64,000 bases of DNA from Leptolyngbyaceae cyanobacterium (GCA_041752515.1 JBGSWI010000009.1:27-64026), one strand, 5' to 3'. Counted from the stretch's first letter, positions 53,697-63,950 are shown. Notes: generated by a model not told the origin, from the sequence alone. Program-made: numbers and translations.

Positions 53697-54665
53697 TTAC
53701 GGATTGATCTGCTTGGCTATCCATTCAACTACTTGCTGTCCTAAACACACATTATCGAGGCGATCGATTTCTCGAATCCCCGTCGGGCTAGTCACATTCA
53801 CTTCAGTAAGATAGCCGCCGATAATATCAATTCCGACAAAAAACAAACCATCCCGGCGCAAGGTCGGCGCAAGCTGAGTGCAAATATCTCGTTCGCGATC
53901 GCTAATGTCGGTTTGGGAAACTCTGCCGCCCACTGCCATATTGCCGCGAAATTCTTTTCCAGTGGGAATGCGGTTGACAGCCCCAATCGGTTCGCCATTG
54001 AGTAGAATAATTCGCTTGTCACCTAGTTTGGCTTCCGGGAGGTAGGTTTGCACCATCACAGGCACCTGCGCTTGAAAAGTGCTGATTTCAACGAGAGAAT
54101 TGAAATTGCGATCGCCGGGGTCAAGAAACAAAATCCCTTCCCCCGCCTTGCCACCCAAAGGCTTGATGATGGCGGCTCCCTGGCGTTCTAAAAAATCTCG
54201 TATCACCTGTTTGTCTTGGCTCACGATAGTTTCAGGAATCGCTTGAGTAAATTGCAGCGCATACATTTTCTCATTGGCTGCCCGAATTCCCTGAGGCGCA
54301 TTGATCACTAGAGTTTTTGCGGGATCGACGTAATCCAAAATGTAGGTGGCGTAAAGATAAGGCACCGTGACCGGTGGATCGGTTCGCATGAAGACTGCAT
54401 CCATCTCTTCTAACAGTCGCCGCTCTGACTTGCCCACTTCAAACCAAGCATTAGCTGCTGTCCACAGCCCATCTACTAGCGTGACTGGCGTAAGCTGCAC
54501 CGGTTGAAGCCATGCCGATGCTTTGCCATCACTGACTCCAAGCGAGTTTGCCTGAGTAATCCAAACCTCATGCCCTAACAGTTGAGTCGCTTCCATTAGC
54601 GCCACGCTGGTGTCGTGACTAGGGTCTAGCCGTGCGATCGGGTCAATGATGAAAGCAAATTTCAC
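53697..54665 (-). CDS. gshB: glutathione synthetase
   Basis: MRTDPP, NEKM, GDKRI, RGNMAVGG, EVNVTSPTG. Confidence 0.97.
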   Translation of the reverse strand: MKFAFIIDPIARLDPSHDTSVALMEATQLLGHEVWITQANSLGVSDGKASAWLQPVQLTPVTLVDGLWTAANAWFEVGKSERRLLEEMDAVFMRTDPPVTVPYLYATYILDYVDPAKTLVINAPQGIRAANEKMYALQFTQAIPETIVSQDKQVIRDFLERQGAAIIKPLGGKAGEGILFLDPGDRNFNSLVEISTFQAQVPVMVQTYLPEAKLGDKRIILLNGEPIGAVNRIPTGKEFRGNMAVGGRVSQTDISDRERDICTQLAPTLRRDGLFFVGIDIIGGYLTEVNVTSPTGIREIDRLDNVCLGQQVVEWIAKQINP

Positions 54666-54752
54666 AAGTAGTTCCTAGAGCTAAAGCCCTGATTCAAAGG
54701 GCAAAGATTGAAAACGATTAGTCTGATCGGGTCTGATGATTAAGCGCTCAAA

Positions 54753-55013
54753 CTAACTTGCTAACAGTGCATCAAGCTTATTGGCAGAGTTTAAGGCATA
54801 TAAATCATCGCAGCCGCCAATGTGTTGATCGTTAATAAAAATCTGAGGCACCGATCGCCGCCCCTGCGATCGCGCTGCCATAGTCGACCGGGCGGCTTCG
54901 TCTCCATCAATACAATACTCTGTAAACTCAACCCCTTTTTTGGCTAGCAAGGCTTTTGCCCGAATACAAAATGGGCAAGTACTCCAGGTATAGACTTCAA
55001 CGTTAGCAGACAT
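54753..55013 (-). CDS. grxC: glutaredoxin 3
   Basis: CPFC, SVPQIFI, IGGCDD; adjacent to gshB. Confidence 0.95.
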   Translation of the reverse strand: MSANVEVYTWSTCPFCIRAKALLAKKGVEFTEYCIDGDEAARSTMAARSQGRRSVPQIFINDQHIGGCDDLYALNSANKLDALLAS

Positions 55014-55094
55014 AGTTCTTTACATTTAATGTTTCCACTCATTCTACCCGTTTGTGGTGGATGAAAGCGCGATAGATCGCTTTCCCTCCTACGA

Positions 55095-55622
55095 CTATGG
55101 GAGCCTCGTGGGGGGAAGATCAACTTCTGTTGAGGGAGGCTTAATAGAGGTTGCAGGTACTATCGCCAGGGTCAAGGAACGTTCTTCTATATCACAGCCT
55201 TGGATTTGAACTAGAACGCTGACCGAATCATTCATCAAGGTTTTAGGCGAGGTATAGACGGCACGGCTGCTAGCAGAACTACCTTGAGGATTGATTTTGC
55301 CGCGATCGGCTTTCCAGGTGAACAGCACTGGCTTTCGATCTGGATTTTCTAGCCGAACGGTGATTGCCCGTTTTTCTCCGGCTGGAACGGCAATGGGCAG
55401 ACCTGCGGGAAGTTGCGGCTCGTCATCAAGAGACTCTGAGTTGAGGCTGAGCCGATTGGCAGAGACACTTAGAATTCGTGCTGTGCAAGCAGTGCTAGAA
55501 GATTCAACCTTAAATAGGGGTTGCAGGATTAAATCCCAGGTGCCATAGCCAATCATGACTGCGATCGCAATGGGGGATGCCACTCGGCTAATTTGATCAA
55601 TCCACGACTGATTTTCTGGCAT
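55095..55622 (-). CDS. hypothetical protein (N-terminal hydrophobic anchor, beta-rich domain)
   Basis: 175-aa ORF, one hydrophobic segment; no family recognised. Confidence 0.6.
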   Translation of the reverse strand: MPENQSWIDQISRVASPIAIAVMIGYGTWDLILQPLFKVESSSTACTARILSVSANRLSLNSESLDDEPQLPAGLPIAVPAGEKRAITVRLENPDRKPVLFTWKADRGKINPQGSSASSRAVYTSPKTLMNDSVSVLVQIQGCDIEERSLTLAIVPATSIKPPSTEVDLPPTRLP

Positions 55623-55777
55623 GATGAAGGACGGGTTCTAAACCTCGCTGCTTTTGACCATATCAAATTTTAGCCATGATTTTAGCCCTACAGCATCAGA
55701 TCGGCTGCTCATTAAAACAGCGATCTTTAGCGATAGCTATAGTTGAATCGTTCACTAATTCTTAATCTAGTTTAAAT

Positions 55778-56272
55778 ATGCATCCCGATCGCATCGATCC
55801 TCAGCCCGGTCAAGAATCTGTGTGGGATTACCCCCGTCCTCCACGGTTGGAAGAAACCTCGAAGCATATCCAGATTATTTTTAATGGAGTGGCGATCGCC
55901 GATACCCATCACGCCAAACGAGTCGTGGAAACCAGCCATCCGCCTGTTTACTACATTCCCCCGGCTGACATCAAGCTGGAATATTTGGTGAAAAGTCCGC
56001 GCTCTACCTACTGCGAATGGAAGGGGCAGGGCGCTTATTATACGGTTGTGGTGGGCGATAAGCAAGCTGAAAATGTGGGCTGGTACTATCCCCAGCCGAC
56101 GGATGACTTTGCTGATATTAAAGATCATGTTGCTTTTTATCCGGCACCCATGGATGCTTGCTACGTGGATGGCGAAGAAGTGGAGCCTCAACCCGGCGGT
56201 TTCTACGGCGGCTGGATTACCCGTGATGTGGTGGGTCCCTTTAAAGGTGCCGCTGGAAGCTGGGGCTGGTAA
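55778..56272 (+). CDS. DUF427 family protein
   Basis: ESVWDYPRPP, ETSHPPVYYIP, CEWKG, GGFYGGWIT. Confidence 0.92.
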   Translation: MHPDRIDPQPGQESVWDYPRPPRLEETSKHIQIIFNGVAIADTHHAKRVVETSHPPVYYIPPADIKLEYLVKSPRSTYCEWKGQGAYYTVVVGDKQAENVGWYYPQPTDDFADIKDHVAFYPAPMDACYVDGEEVEPQPGGFYGGWITRDVVGPFKGAAGSWGW

Positions 56273-56275
56273 GCC

Positions 56276-57199
56276 ATGTCTGCAATAGTGTTCGGCAGCC
56301 TGAATATGGATTTGGTCGTGCGATCGCCCCGCTTACTTCAGTCGGGTGAAACGTTGATTGGCTCAGATTTTTACACGACACCAGGCGGCAAGGGCGCAAA
56401 TCAGGCGGTGGCGGCGGCAAAGTTGGGCATTTCGACCCAAATGATCGGTCGAGTGGGAAATGATGCGTTTGGGCAAGAACTTTTAGCCGGGTTGAAAGCC
56501 GTCGGCGTTGGAACGGATGGCGTTTGGGTGAATGCTACCCATTCGGGTGTGGCGGTGATCACGGTGGCGGCAACGGGTGAGAACCAAATTATTGGGGTAT
56601 TTGGGGCAAATGGCACTGTGGATGAGACGGATGTGGAGCGGCTCACCGCTAGGCTACCCGGCACTAAGCTATTGCTGCTCCAACTAGAAGTGCCGATCGC
56701 GGCGGTCAAACAAGCGGCGCAAGTGGCTCATGCCGCAGGCGTACCGGTGATTCTCGATCCGGCTCCGGTGCCTACGGAGGCGATCGCGTCTCTCTATCCC
56801 TTCATTGATATTCTGATGCCCAATGAAATAGAAGCCGGACAGCTTGTGGGGTTTTCGGTGAATTCGCCTGTTCTTGCAGCACTGGCGGCTAAAGTGCTGC
56901 AAGAACAGGGCGTGAAAACGGTAATTGTTAAACTGGGCGCGCAAGGGGTCTTTTGTGCCACGCCCGATGAAACGTTCTTTGTCCCAGCGTTTGCAGTCGA
57001 GGCGATCGACACTGTAGCCGCAGGAGATGCTTTTGCGGGAGGATTGGCGGCAGCTTTGATAGAAGGCGCATCGCTCCGGCAGGCGGTGATTTGGGGTGCG
57101 GCGGCTGGCGCTTTAGCCACCACAAAAAAGGGGGCGCAAGCAGCCATGCCCGATCGCCCCACTTTTAATGCATTTCTCACAGCCAATGGCGTTACCTAA
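56276..57199 (+). CDS. rbsK: ribokinase (PfkB family)
   Basis: GSLNMD, GGKGANQA, PNEIEA, DTVAAGDAF. Confidence 0.92.
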   Translation: MSAIVFGSLNMDLVVRSPRLLQSGETLIGSDFYTTPGGKGANQAVAAAKLGISTQMIGRVGNDAFGQELLAGLKAVGVGTDGVWVNATHSGVAVITVAATGENQIIGVFGANGTVDETDVERLTARLPGTKLLLLQLEVPIAAVKQAAQVAHAAGVPVILDPAPVPTEAIASLYPFIDILMPNEIEAGQLVGFSVNSPVLAALAAKVLQEQGVKTVIVKLGAQGVFCATPDETFFVPAFAVEAIDTVAAGDAFAGGLAAALIEGASLRQAVIWGAAAGALATTKKGAQAAMPDRPTFNAFLTANGVT

Positions 57200-57212
57200 C
57201 CGCTATGTAGCT

Positions 57213-57235
57213 CTCAAAACTCAAAACTCAAAACT
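57213..57235. repeat. heptamer tandem array (CTCAAAA)x3
   Basis: between convergent rbsK and FKBP genes. Confidence 0.85.
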
Positions 57236-57238
57236 TTC

Positions 57239-57790
57239 TTACCCAGCGCCCAAAAGCTCTACGTCAAAGACTAGGGTAGCGTTTGGCGGAATCACCCCAC
57301 CGGCTCCACGAGCGCCATAGCCTAATTCAGGTGGAATCACAAGCTGGCGACGACCCCCCACTTTCATGGTAGAAAGCCCTTCATCCCAACCTTTGATCAC
57401 CTGTCCAGCACCGATTTTGAAGCTAAATGGAGCGCCGCGATCGCGGGAGCTATCAAACTTGGTGCCATCTTCTAGAGTGCCGATGTAATGCACACTCACG
57501 GCTTGCCCTGGTTCAGGCGTAGCGCCCGTGCCTTCAACCAACTCAAGGTATTTTAGACCTGAGGCAGTTGTCACGTAATTTTTAGATGCTTCCACTTTTT
57601 TTGCAGTTTTAATAGGGGTTTCAGACGATTGCGCGATCAGTTGGGCAGACTGGGGGAGGAGCGTTTCAATGGTTTCCGTCGTGGGCAGTTTGGCTGCGAT
57701 CGCACTCGGCTGTCCACCGCCAAACTGGGCAACTACCAACACCAGCACACACGTCAGCATGACTCCTACACTGACTAAAATCTCTTTCAC
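57239..57790 (-). CDS. FKBP-type peptidyl-prolyl isomerase with signal/anchor
   Basis: [36 protein letters not shown]. Confidence 0.96.
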   Translation of the reverse strand: MKEILVSVGVMLTCVLVLVVAQFGGGQPSAIAAKLPTTETIETLLPQSAQLIAQSSETPIKTAKKVEASKNYVTTASGLKYLELVEGTGATPEPGQAVSVHYIGTLEDGTKFDSSRDRGAPFSFKIGAGQVIKGWDEGLSTMKVGGRRQLVIPPELGYGARGAGGVIPPNATLVFDVELLGAG

Positions 57791-57931
57791 AGCAAGCCTC
57801 CTGTGTCGTAACTGTTTACAGTCAGTCGTTGCAACAACGCTAACGCTTGAATATTGTAACCATTTCGGGGTTCGTTCGATCTGGTGAATTAGTTCACACA
57901 GTTTCAGCTTGGGGTTTTAAAGTTGGCGAGA

Positions 57932-58690
57932 CTACAGAGCTTCTGCCAGCGATCGCGCCAACGCCACATCAAAGTAGGATTGGTCGCCTGAATTGCCCGC
58001 GATCACTTGAAAGGGCGCATCTGGTTCGCCAAACTGATCCAGCACGATCGCTGCTCCTGAAAAATTGTGGTTTTGGGTGTAGTCATTCAAGGTAATCACT
58101 GTTTTTAGCCCCGCTTGAGCCGCCGATTTCAAGCCTTGCTGTGAGTCTTCCAGCGCCAAACAATCTTCTGGCTTCAGCTTCATTTTTTCCAACGCATATA
58201 AATAAATATCAGGAGCAGGTTTTTTTGCCGGAACAATATCTCCCGCCGCGATCACTTCAAACCAGTCCAGGCTATCAGGCGCAAGTGCCGCTTCCAAGAG
58301 CGCCGTCACGTTTTCTGGCGTGGTGGTGGTGGCGATCGCCAGCCTAATTCCCGCTTCCCGCGCTTCCTGAATCAGCCTGCGCACTCCCGGACGCAAAGGA
58401 ATACTGCCAGCTTGAATCAACGCTTTGTAGTGCTTTGTTTTGAGCTTGTGAATCGTGGCTGCCCAAGTGGGCGCATCCGTGGCTAAAGGATAATCGGGCT
58501 GATCTTCCTTCAAATATCGCTGCAATCGCTCCTTGCCGCCCGTCGTTTCCAGCAATTCGCCGTAGCGTTCCACCGTCCATTCCCAATCTAAACCCGACTC
58601 GGCAAAGGCTCGGTTAAAGGCAATGCGGTGTCCATCTCGCTCAGTGTCGGCAAGGGTTCCATCTACATCGAAAATCAGAGCTTGAAGCAT
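57932..58690 (-). CDS. cbbY: HAD-superfamily phosphatase, CbbY-like
   Basis: FDVDGTLADTERDGHRIAFN, KKPAPDIY, EDS. Confidence 0.9.
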   Translation of the reverse strand: MLQALIFDVDGTLADTERDGHRIAFNRAFAESGLDWEWTVERYGELLETTGGKERLQRYLKEDQPDYPLATDAPTWAATIHKLKTKHYKALIQAGSIPLRPGVRRLIQEAREAGIRLAIATTTTPENVTALLEAALAPDSLDWFEVIAAGDIVPAKKPAPDIYLYALEKMKLKPEDCLALEDSQQGLKSAAQAGLKTVITLNDYTQNHNFSGAAIVLDQFGEPDAPFQVIAGNSGDQSYFDVALARSLAEAL

Positions 58691-58745
58691 AGGTGAGGTA
58701 ATAGCTAAAAAGGAAGGTGAAAGACAAAAGTTAATGGAGAAAAGT

Positions 58746-58831
58746 AAAACTCAAAACTCAAAACTCAAAACATCTCCTAGGTCGCCGCTACGCGAACAAA
58801 ACTCAAAACTCAAAACTCAAAACTCAAAACT
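58746..58831. repeat. heptamer array (AAAACTC)n interrupted by a 26-nt dispersed repeat
   Basis: ATCTCCTAGGTCGCCGCTACGCGAAC at 58772-58797 inside the array. Confidence 0.9.
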
Positions 58832-58832
58832 A

Positions 58833-59999
58833 TTAATTCTTGGTCTTATCCGTTGTATCCGCCCAGAGATCATCGGGTTCCAGGGGATTGTCAGCCGATT
58901 GCAGGACGGTTTCGGTGAAGACAGCGGGAGCATCAGCCGTGGGAGATGGGAAGGATCGGTCTTGGGTGTGGGGCGGCGCACTCCACCCATCCATAATATC
59001 TTCTACCAGGACTCGTCGAATCCAAATTTGGCACACGACAACGAGGGGCAAGGCAAGCAACAACCCCCAGAAGCCGAAAATGGTGGCAAAAAAAACTTGG
59101 GCAAGCAAGGTGACGGCAGGGAGCAAATTGACCTGTTGCGACATGACATAAGGCGTGAGAAAGTTGCTTTCAAACTGCTGAATGGCAACGTAGAGACCTA
59201 ATACCAGCAGCGCTTTCACGGGGGAGTCGAGCAGCGCGATCGCCATGGGTGGGATCACGCTAAAGGTCGGACCCAAATTAGGAATAAAGTTGAGCAATCC
59301 CGCCAATACTCCATTTGCCAGCGCGGCTTTGACTCCAATAATTGACAGCCCAAGGGTACTCAGCACGGCAATCACGCTCATGCTAATCAGCGCTCCTACG
59401 ATCCAGCTTCCCAAAGAGCTTTCACACTCTTCCAGAATGCTCTCCACGCGCCGCCGATAAAATGATGGAAAAAGCCGAATAAATCCGCCACGATAGGCAG
59501 CAGGATTCACCAGCATCATCAGCCCCAGCACCACAATCAGCAGGACATTTAGCAAAGATCCTAAGGAACTGGAAAAGAATGCAAAAGAGCCACCCAGCAA
59601 CCGGTTCCCAAACGGTGTTGCCTGCCGAATCAGATCATCCACATCAGGAATGTAGCGCTCAAGGTTATCAGGAACTACATCATCAATCGAATTAACCCAG
59701 GTATTTAGCTGGCGGATTCCTTGGGGCACCAAAACATAGATTTCCTGAATCTGTTTGGCAAAAGACGGCACAATAATTTGGAAAAATAGAGCTAGCGCCG
59801 CAATCAAAAATCCAATGGCGATCGATACGGCGATCGCTCGCTGAATTCCCAATTTTTTTCGCAGCCACCGCGCCAATAAATTCAGACTATTGGCAAGCAC
59901 CACCGCTGCAAACACCAACAGCAGCACCTCTTTAATCTGCCAAAGAATATAAACAGAGGCAGCTAATGCCAGTAGCGCAATCCATTCTCCCAATTTCAC
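58833..59999 (-). CDS. AI-2E (PerM) family transporter
   Basis: multi-TM; LNFIPNLGP, QQFESNFLTP, GLLLALP. Confidence 0.92.
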   Translation of the reverse strand: MKLGEWIALLALAASVYILWQIKEVLLLVFAAVVLANSLNLLARWLRKKLGIQRAIAVSIAIGFLIAALALFFQIIVPSFAKQIQEIYVLVPQGIRQLNTWVNSIDDVVPDNLERYIPDVDDLIRQATPFGNRLLGGSFAFFSSSLGSLLNVLLIVVLGLMMLVNPAAYRGGFIRLFPSFYRRRVESILEECESSLGSWIVGALISMSVIAVLSTLGLSIIGVKAALANGVLAGLLNFIPNLGPTFSVIPPMAIALLDSPVKALLVLGLYVAIQQFESNFLTPYVMSQQVNLLPAVTLLAQVFFATIFGFWGLLLALPLVVVCQIWIRRVLVEDIMDGWSAPPHTQDRSFPSPTADAPAVFTETVLQSADNPLEPDDLWADTTDKTKN

Positions 60000-60014
60000 A
60001 GGCGACTCCCAGAA

Positions 60015-60182
60015 CTATCGCGATCGCCAACCCAACGCGATCGCCATTAGTATACTCGGCAACACGACCGCAATCAGCGCGATTGTATTGGTTTCAGAAA
60101 CCTCAAGATAGGGCGCACCATATTTAATGGCAACAGCAATCAGGGTAGAGAATGCAAAAACTTTGACGATAAAACCAGTCAT
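60015..60182 (-). CDS. small membrane protein (55 aa, below the ORF-track cutoff)
   Basis: manual translation MTGFIVKVFAFSTLIAVAIKYGAPYLEVSETNTIALIAVVLPSILMAIALGWRSR; two hydrophobic helices; co-oriented with both neighbours. Confidence 0.7.
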   Translation of the reverse strand: MTGFIVKVFAFSTLIAVAIKYGAPYLEVSETNTIALIAVVLPSILMAIALGWRSR

Positions 60183-60212
60183 TTTGATTTGAAAAAGTGA
60201 AAAGAAGCTAAT

Positions 60213-60839
60213 TCAGCGTTTCTGTGCCTGAATGACCTGCAAGCTACCGCCCGCGTGCAATGTTTGCTGGGTTACTTGAAGCCCGATCGCGGTCAAGATT
60301 CCGACTAAATCTGTTTTGAGTAGCTGCCAAGCGGTTTCGGTTTCAAACAGCCACAAAAAGATTGCCACACCAGGGATAAACACCAAATTAGTCGGCTGAT
60401 GAAAATCGACCATGGCAAAGGAACCTCCCGGCTTCAACACGCGATGCACCTCACTCAAGATTTTTTGCAGTTGGTCAGGCTTCATCTCATGCATGGCAAC
60501 GCTAGTATGCACCAAATCAAACTGATTATCCGCAAAGGGCATCGCCTCTGCAAACGCTTCCACATACTCCGCCTGGGGTACATTCTGCTGAGCGCGCTTG
60601 ATCGAAAACGGTGAGGCATCTAGCCCAGTGACATGGCGCGATCGCTCAACTAACACCTGCGTCGTCTGTCCGCTGCCGCAGCACAAATCCAGCACCGCCG
60701 CTTCTGGCAAAATCGTCAGCCCCTCTAACGCGAGTCTACGAAATCGCGCTTCACCCCCCACACTCAACGCCGACAATCGAGAAATGCCGTCATAAAGCCA
60801 TTGATAGCGATAGCTGAGATCTCGAAGAATCGTTGCCAT
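60213..60839 (-). CDS. class I SAM-dependent methyltransferase
   Basis: VLDLCCGSG, GLDAS, AEAMPF..FDLV. Confidence 0.92.
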   Translation of the reverse strand: MATILRDLSYRYQWLYDGISRLSALSVGGEARFRRLALEGLTILPEAAVLDLCCGSGQTTQVLVERSRHVTGLDASPFSIKRAQQNVPQAEYVEAFAEAMPFADNQFDLVHTSVAMHEMKPDQLQKILSEVHRVLKPGGSFAMVDFHQPTNLVFIPGVAIFLWLFETETAWQLLKTDLVGILTAIGLQVTQQTLHAGGSLQVIQAQKR

Positions 60840-60921
60840 AAAAAATTAAGAATAACGAAGGAATGATTTTGAATGCTGATCAACCTGGCAGCTAAAGCTC
60901 TGGCATTCAGCGAGTCTGTTT

Positions 60922-60972
60922 CGGCTACGCTCAACAAACCTGCGGCTACGCTTAACAGACCTGCGGCTACGC
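60922..60972. repeat. 21-bp tandem repeat, 2.4 copies (CGGCTACGCTYAACARACCTG)
   Basis: read directly in the intergenic region upstream of lepB. Confidence 0.8.
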
Positions 60973-61150
60973 GATCGCTTGAACATCCCGCTGTTCAAAC
61001 TCTAGCACTTGAACCCCAGGATCAAAATTGTATTGAGCCATAGCAGTAGCCAGAAGTGATGCGACTCACAAGATTGATGTTTATAAGGTTGATCTAGTTG
61101 ATCGAATTGATAAGTTGCGCTCTGCACCTACGCTTGCGACAATAAAGCCT

Positions 61151-61738
61151 ATGAATTCCGAAAAGACCTCCGAACAAAAACCATCCCTGCCGATTCCTGC
61201 GGTCAAATCTCCCAGTCAGATTTGGTGGGATAACTTTCAAATTCTGTTTGTTGCCCTGATTTTGGCACTGCTGATTCGAGTATTTGTTGCCGAGCCGCGC
61301 TTTATTCCATCTGATTCGATGGTGCCAACCCTGAAAGTGGGCGATCGCCTAGTCATTGAAAAAGTCTCCTATCGGCTGCATCCGCCGGAGTTTGGTGACA
61401 TCATTGTTTTTGATCCCCCGCCTCAACTCCAAAGCTTAGGCTTTGCCAAAGATCAGGCATTCATTAAGCGGATTATTGCCACACCGGGTCAAACGGTTCA
61501 TGTGCTAAATGGCAAAGTCTATGTCAACAATCAAGCCTTAGTAGAGCCTTACATTGCCGCTCCGCCTGATTATCTGCTAGAGACAGTGCAAGTTCCGCCT
61601 GATCAATTTTTTGTGATGGGCGACAACCGCCCTAACAGCAACGACTCCCATGTTTGGGGCTTTTTGCCCAGTCAAAATATTATTGGTCGCGCCGTATTGC
61701 GATTCTATCCCTTCGATCGCGTGGGTAGAGTGCAATAA
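61151..61738 (+). CDS. lepB: signal peptidase I
   Basis: IPSDSMVPTL (catalytic Ser), FIKRII (catalytic Lys), MGDNR.NS.DSHVWG. Confidence 0.95.
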   Translation: MNSEKTSEQKPSLPIPAVKSPSQIWWDNFQILFVALILALLIRVFVAEPRFIPSDSMVPTLKVGDRLVIEKVSYRLHPPEFGDIIVFDPPPQLQSLGFAKDQAFIKRIIATPGQTVHVLNGKVYVNNQALVEPYIAAPPDYLLETVQVPPDQFFVMGDNRPNSNDSHVWGFLPSQNIIGRAVLRFYPFDRVGRVQ

Positions 61739-61944
61739 AGGTGACTTTTTCCTGACATTTTGACTAAAGTGTGGGAGAGAATCTTAGCACGACTCATTTT
61801 TGCGGCTAGAATGACGCAAACTCACGGTATCAGCCAATTCCGATTTCTGAACCGGCTGGCGATCTGGGGGAGCTTACCTTGCAAAACAGCGAGGTGGAGA
61901 TGAAACAATGGTTGGGAGAGATTGGATGAGGGTGAGGAAGGCAC

Positions 61945-63942
61945 ATGGTCGGCAAGCAATCAAATCCATTTGAACTCAACCCCTCTGATCATTCTAGCCA
62001 GCCTGAGGAGCTAGGAAACGAGAGTTCTCAATTAACCGCGTCCCTAGACAAAAGCCGTTCTCGATCGCTGTGGTCTAAGGCAAAGTCCTGGCGCTGGCTG
62101 TGGGTGACCGTTAGCGTTTTTGGCATGGTGAGCAGCATTGGGGGAGCCGCGCTGTGGTTGCTAACTACCCCGCCGCCCTCAGCCGATTGCCAAAAAACCT
62201 CATCCTTGTCTACCGATATGGAGCAACTTTACTGCGCCCAAGAATCGGCTCGCTCTGGAGAGTTACCTAAGGTGCTAGCGGGCATAGACACCTTAAACCG
62301 TTGGGCACCCGACCACCCGCTTTATCGAGAAGCGCAACGGTTAATTGCAGAATGGTCGCAGCCTGTTTTAACCGCCGCCCGCGATCGCATTGCTCAAACT
62401 GATTTAACTGGAGCCGTAGAACTGGCAAGCCGCATTCCTAAAACCAGTCCGCTGTATGCAGAGGCTCAGGCAGACATCACCCAATGGCAGCAATTTTGGC
62501 AGAAGGGAGACGCGATCGCCACAGCCATTCAAACGGCTCTAAAAGCCCAGCAGTGGGATGTTGCCGCTGCAAAAATTGGCTCACTGCGAGAGTTTACCCA
62601 AGAGTATTGGCGCGATGAACGACCCAACGCCCTCGCGCAACAGCTTGAATCAGAACAGCGCAGTCGCCGTTATTTTGCCCAAGCTCAAGAACTTGCCCAG
62701 TCCAACCAGCCGGATCAACTAGGAGCGGCGATCGCCATGGTCAGCCGGATGGATACCAAAACTCATGCCTGGGTTGCTGCTCAAACTCTGCTGAGCCAAT
62801 GGAGCGAAACCCTCCTATCCTTGAGCTATCAAGATTGGGTTAAGGGCAATCTGGCTCAATCAATGGCGCTGGCAAAGCGGGTGATTCCCAATCCTAAATT
62901 GGCGCAAACCGCGCAGGACTTAATCTGGCTGGGTCAGGCGCGCAGCCACTCCTGGGGCAGTCGCACAACCCTAAAGCCTACATTGCCTCAGCTTTGGAAC
63001 CTAACCGCCGCGATCGCCACCGCAGATTTGCTTCAGCCCAACAGCCGTTATTATTCGCAAGCCCAAGCCAACCTAACAAGCTGGAAAGCTCAATTCCAAG
63101 ACTTATCTTTGCTTCAGTTAGGGTGGGCAGTGGGCAGTGTGCCGTATCCCCCTGCCGTTCAACTCGCCCTCTGGCACGGGCAGCAGATCACCCGCGATCG
63201 CCCCCGCCGTTCCCAAGCCCAAACCTTGCTTTCATATTGGCAGCAAGAACTGTTCAAATCTGAAGATCGACCCTATCTTGCCTATGCCCGTAAACTGGCG
63301 AATAAGCGCTCGATTCCAGCCCTAAAAGCCGCGATCGCTCAAGCCACTGTGGTGCAACTCGGTCGTCCACTTCATCCAGAAGCTCAGACCTTAATGGCTG
63401 GCTGGACTGGAAACATTCAGACCCTTCAAGACCAGCCCACTCTAGATCGGGCATTCGCACTGGCAACTCAAGGAAATTTGAATGGAGCCATCCAAACGGC
63501 GGCGGGCATTGCCCCTAATCGATCGCTCTATGGACAAGCTCAAGGCGCGATCGGAAATTGGCAATCTGAAGTTAGAGCGATCGAACTAGCCCAGATTCGA
63601 GCGCAAGAAGCAGCCCGCGATCGTGCTCGTCCTTCCTTAAGCGCAACTCCATCTGAAACAGGCAATCGACCAGATGAGCGTGTTCCATCTAATTCTGAAT
63701 ATTTTTCGCCTAATGAAGCGGATTCATCAACCGCCGATTCCTCACCCGATGAGCCTTCCACGTCAGACCCGTCCGACCGCGCCACACCCTATCCACCTTA
63801 TACGCCATCGCCTCGCCGTTCTTTGACTCCCCCCTCTCCCGAAAGTGCCCCGCCGCCGCCAGCAGAACCTGCGCCGCCCCCCACGGAGCCAGCCGCCCCA
63901 GTGTATGAACCTTATGAACCTGCGCCGCCCCCTAGTCGATGA
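61945..63942 (+). CDS. membrane-anchored helical-repeat protein with Pro-rich tail, cyanobacterial hypothetical
   Basis: one TM segment, repeated AIxxAxxIxxxxPLYxEAQxxIxxW units, low-complexity C-terminus. Confidence 0.8.
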   Translation: MVGKQSNPFELNPSDHSSQPEELGNESSQLTASLDKSRSRSLWSKAKSWRWLWVTVSVFGMVSSIGGAALWLLTTPPPSADCQKTSSLSTDMEQLYCAQESARSGELPKVLAGIDTLNRWAPDHPLYREAQRLIAEWSQPVLTAARDRIAQTDLTGAVELASRIPKTSPLYAEAQADITQWQQFWQKGDAIATAIQTALKAQQWDVAAAKIGSLREFTQEYWRDERPNALAQQLESEQRSRRYFAQAQELAQSNQPDQLGAAIAMVSRMDTKTHAWVAAQTLLSQWSETLLSLSYQDWVKGNLAQSMALAKRVIPNPKLAQTAQDLIWLGQARSHSWGSRTTLKPTLPQLWNLTAAIATADLLQPNSRYYSQAQANLTSWKAQFQDLSLLQLGWAVGSVPYPPAVQLALWHGQQITRDRPRRSQAQTLLSYWQQELFKSEDRPYLAYARKLANKRSIPALKAAIAQATVVQLGRPLHPEAQTLMAGWTGNIQTLQDQPTLDRAFALATQGNLNGAIQTAAGIAPNRSLYGQAQGAIGNWQSEVRAIELAQIRAQEAARDRARPSLSATPSETGNRPDERVPSNSEYFSPNEADSSTADSSPDEPSTSDPSDRATPYPPYTPSPRRSLTPPSPESAPPPPAEPAPPPTEPAAPVYEPYEPAPPPSR

Positions 63943-63950
63943 TAGAACCG

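Noticed and set aside
58734-59201. 155-aa + strand ORF starting MEKSKTQNSKLKT
   Set aside because: The N-terminus is just the translated (AAAACTC)n array; the rest is antisense to the AI-2E gene.
58746-60972. Heptamer arrays and the 21-bp repeat as a possible CRISPR array
   Set aside because: No unique spacers of regular length between repeats and no cas genes.
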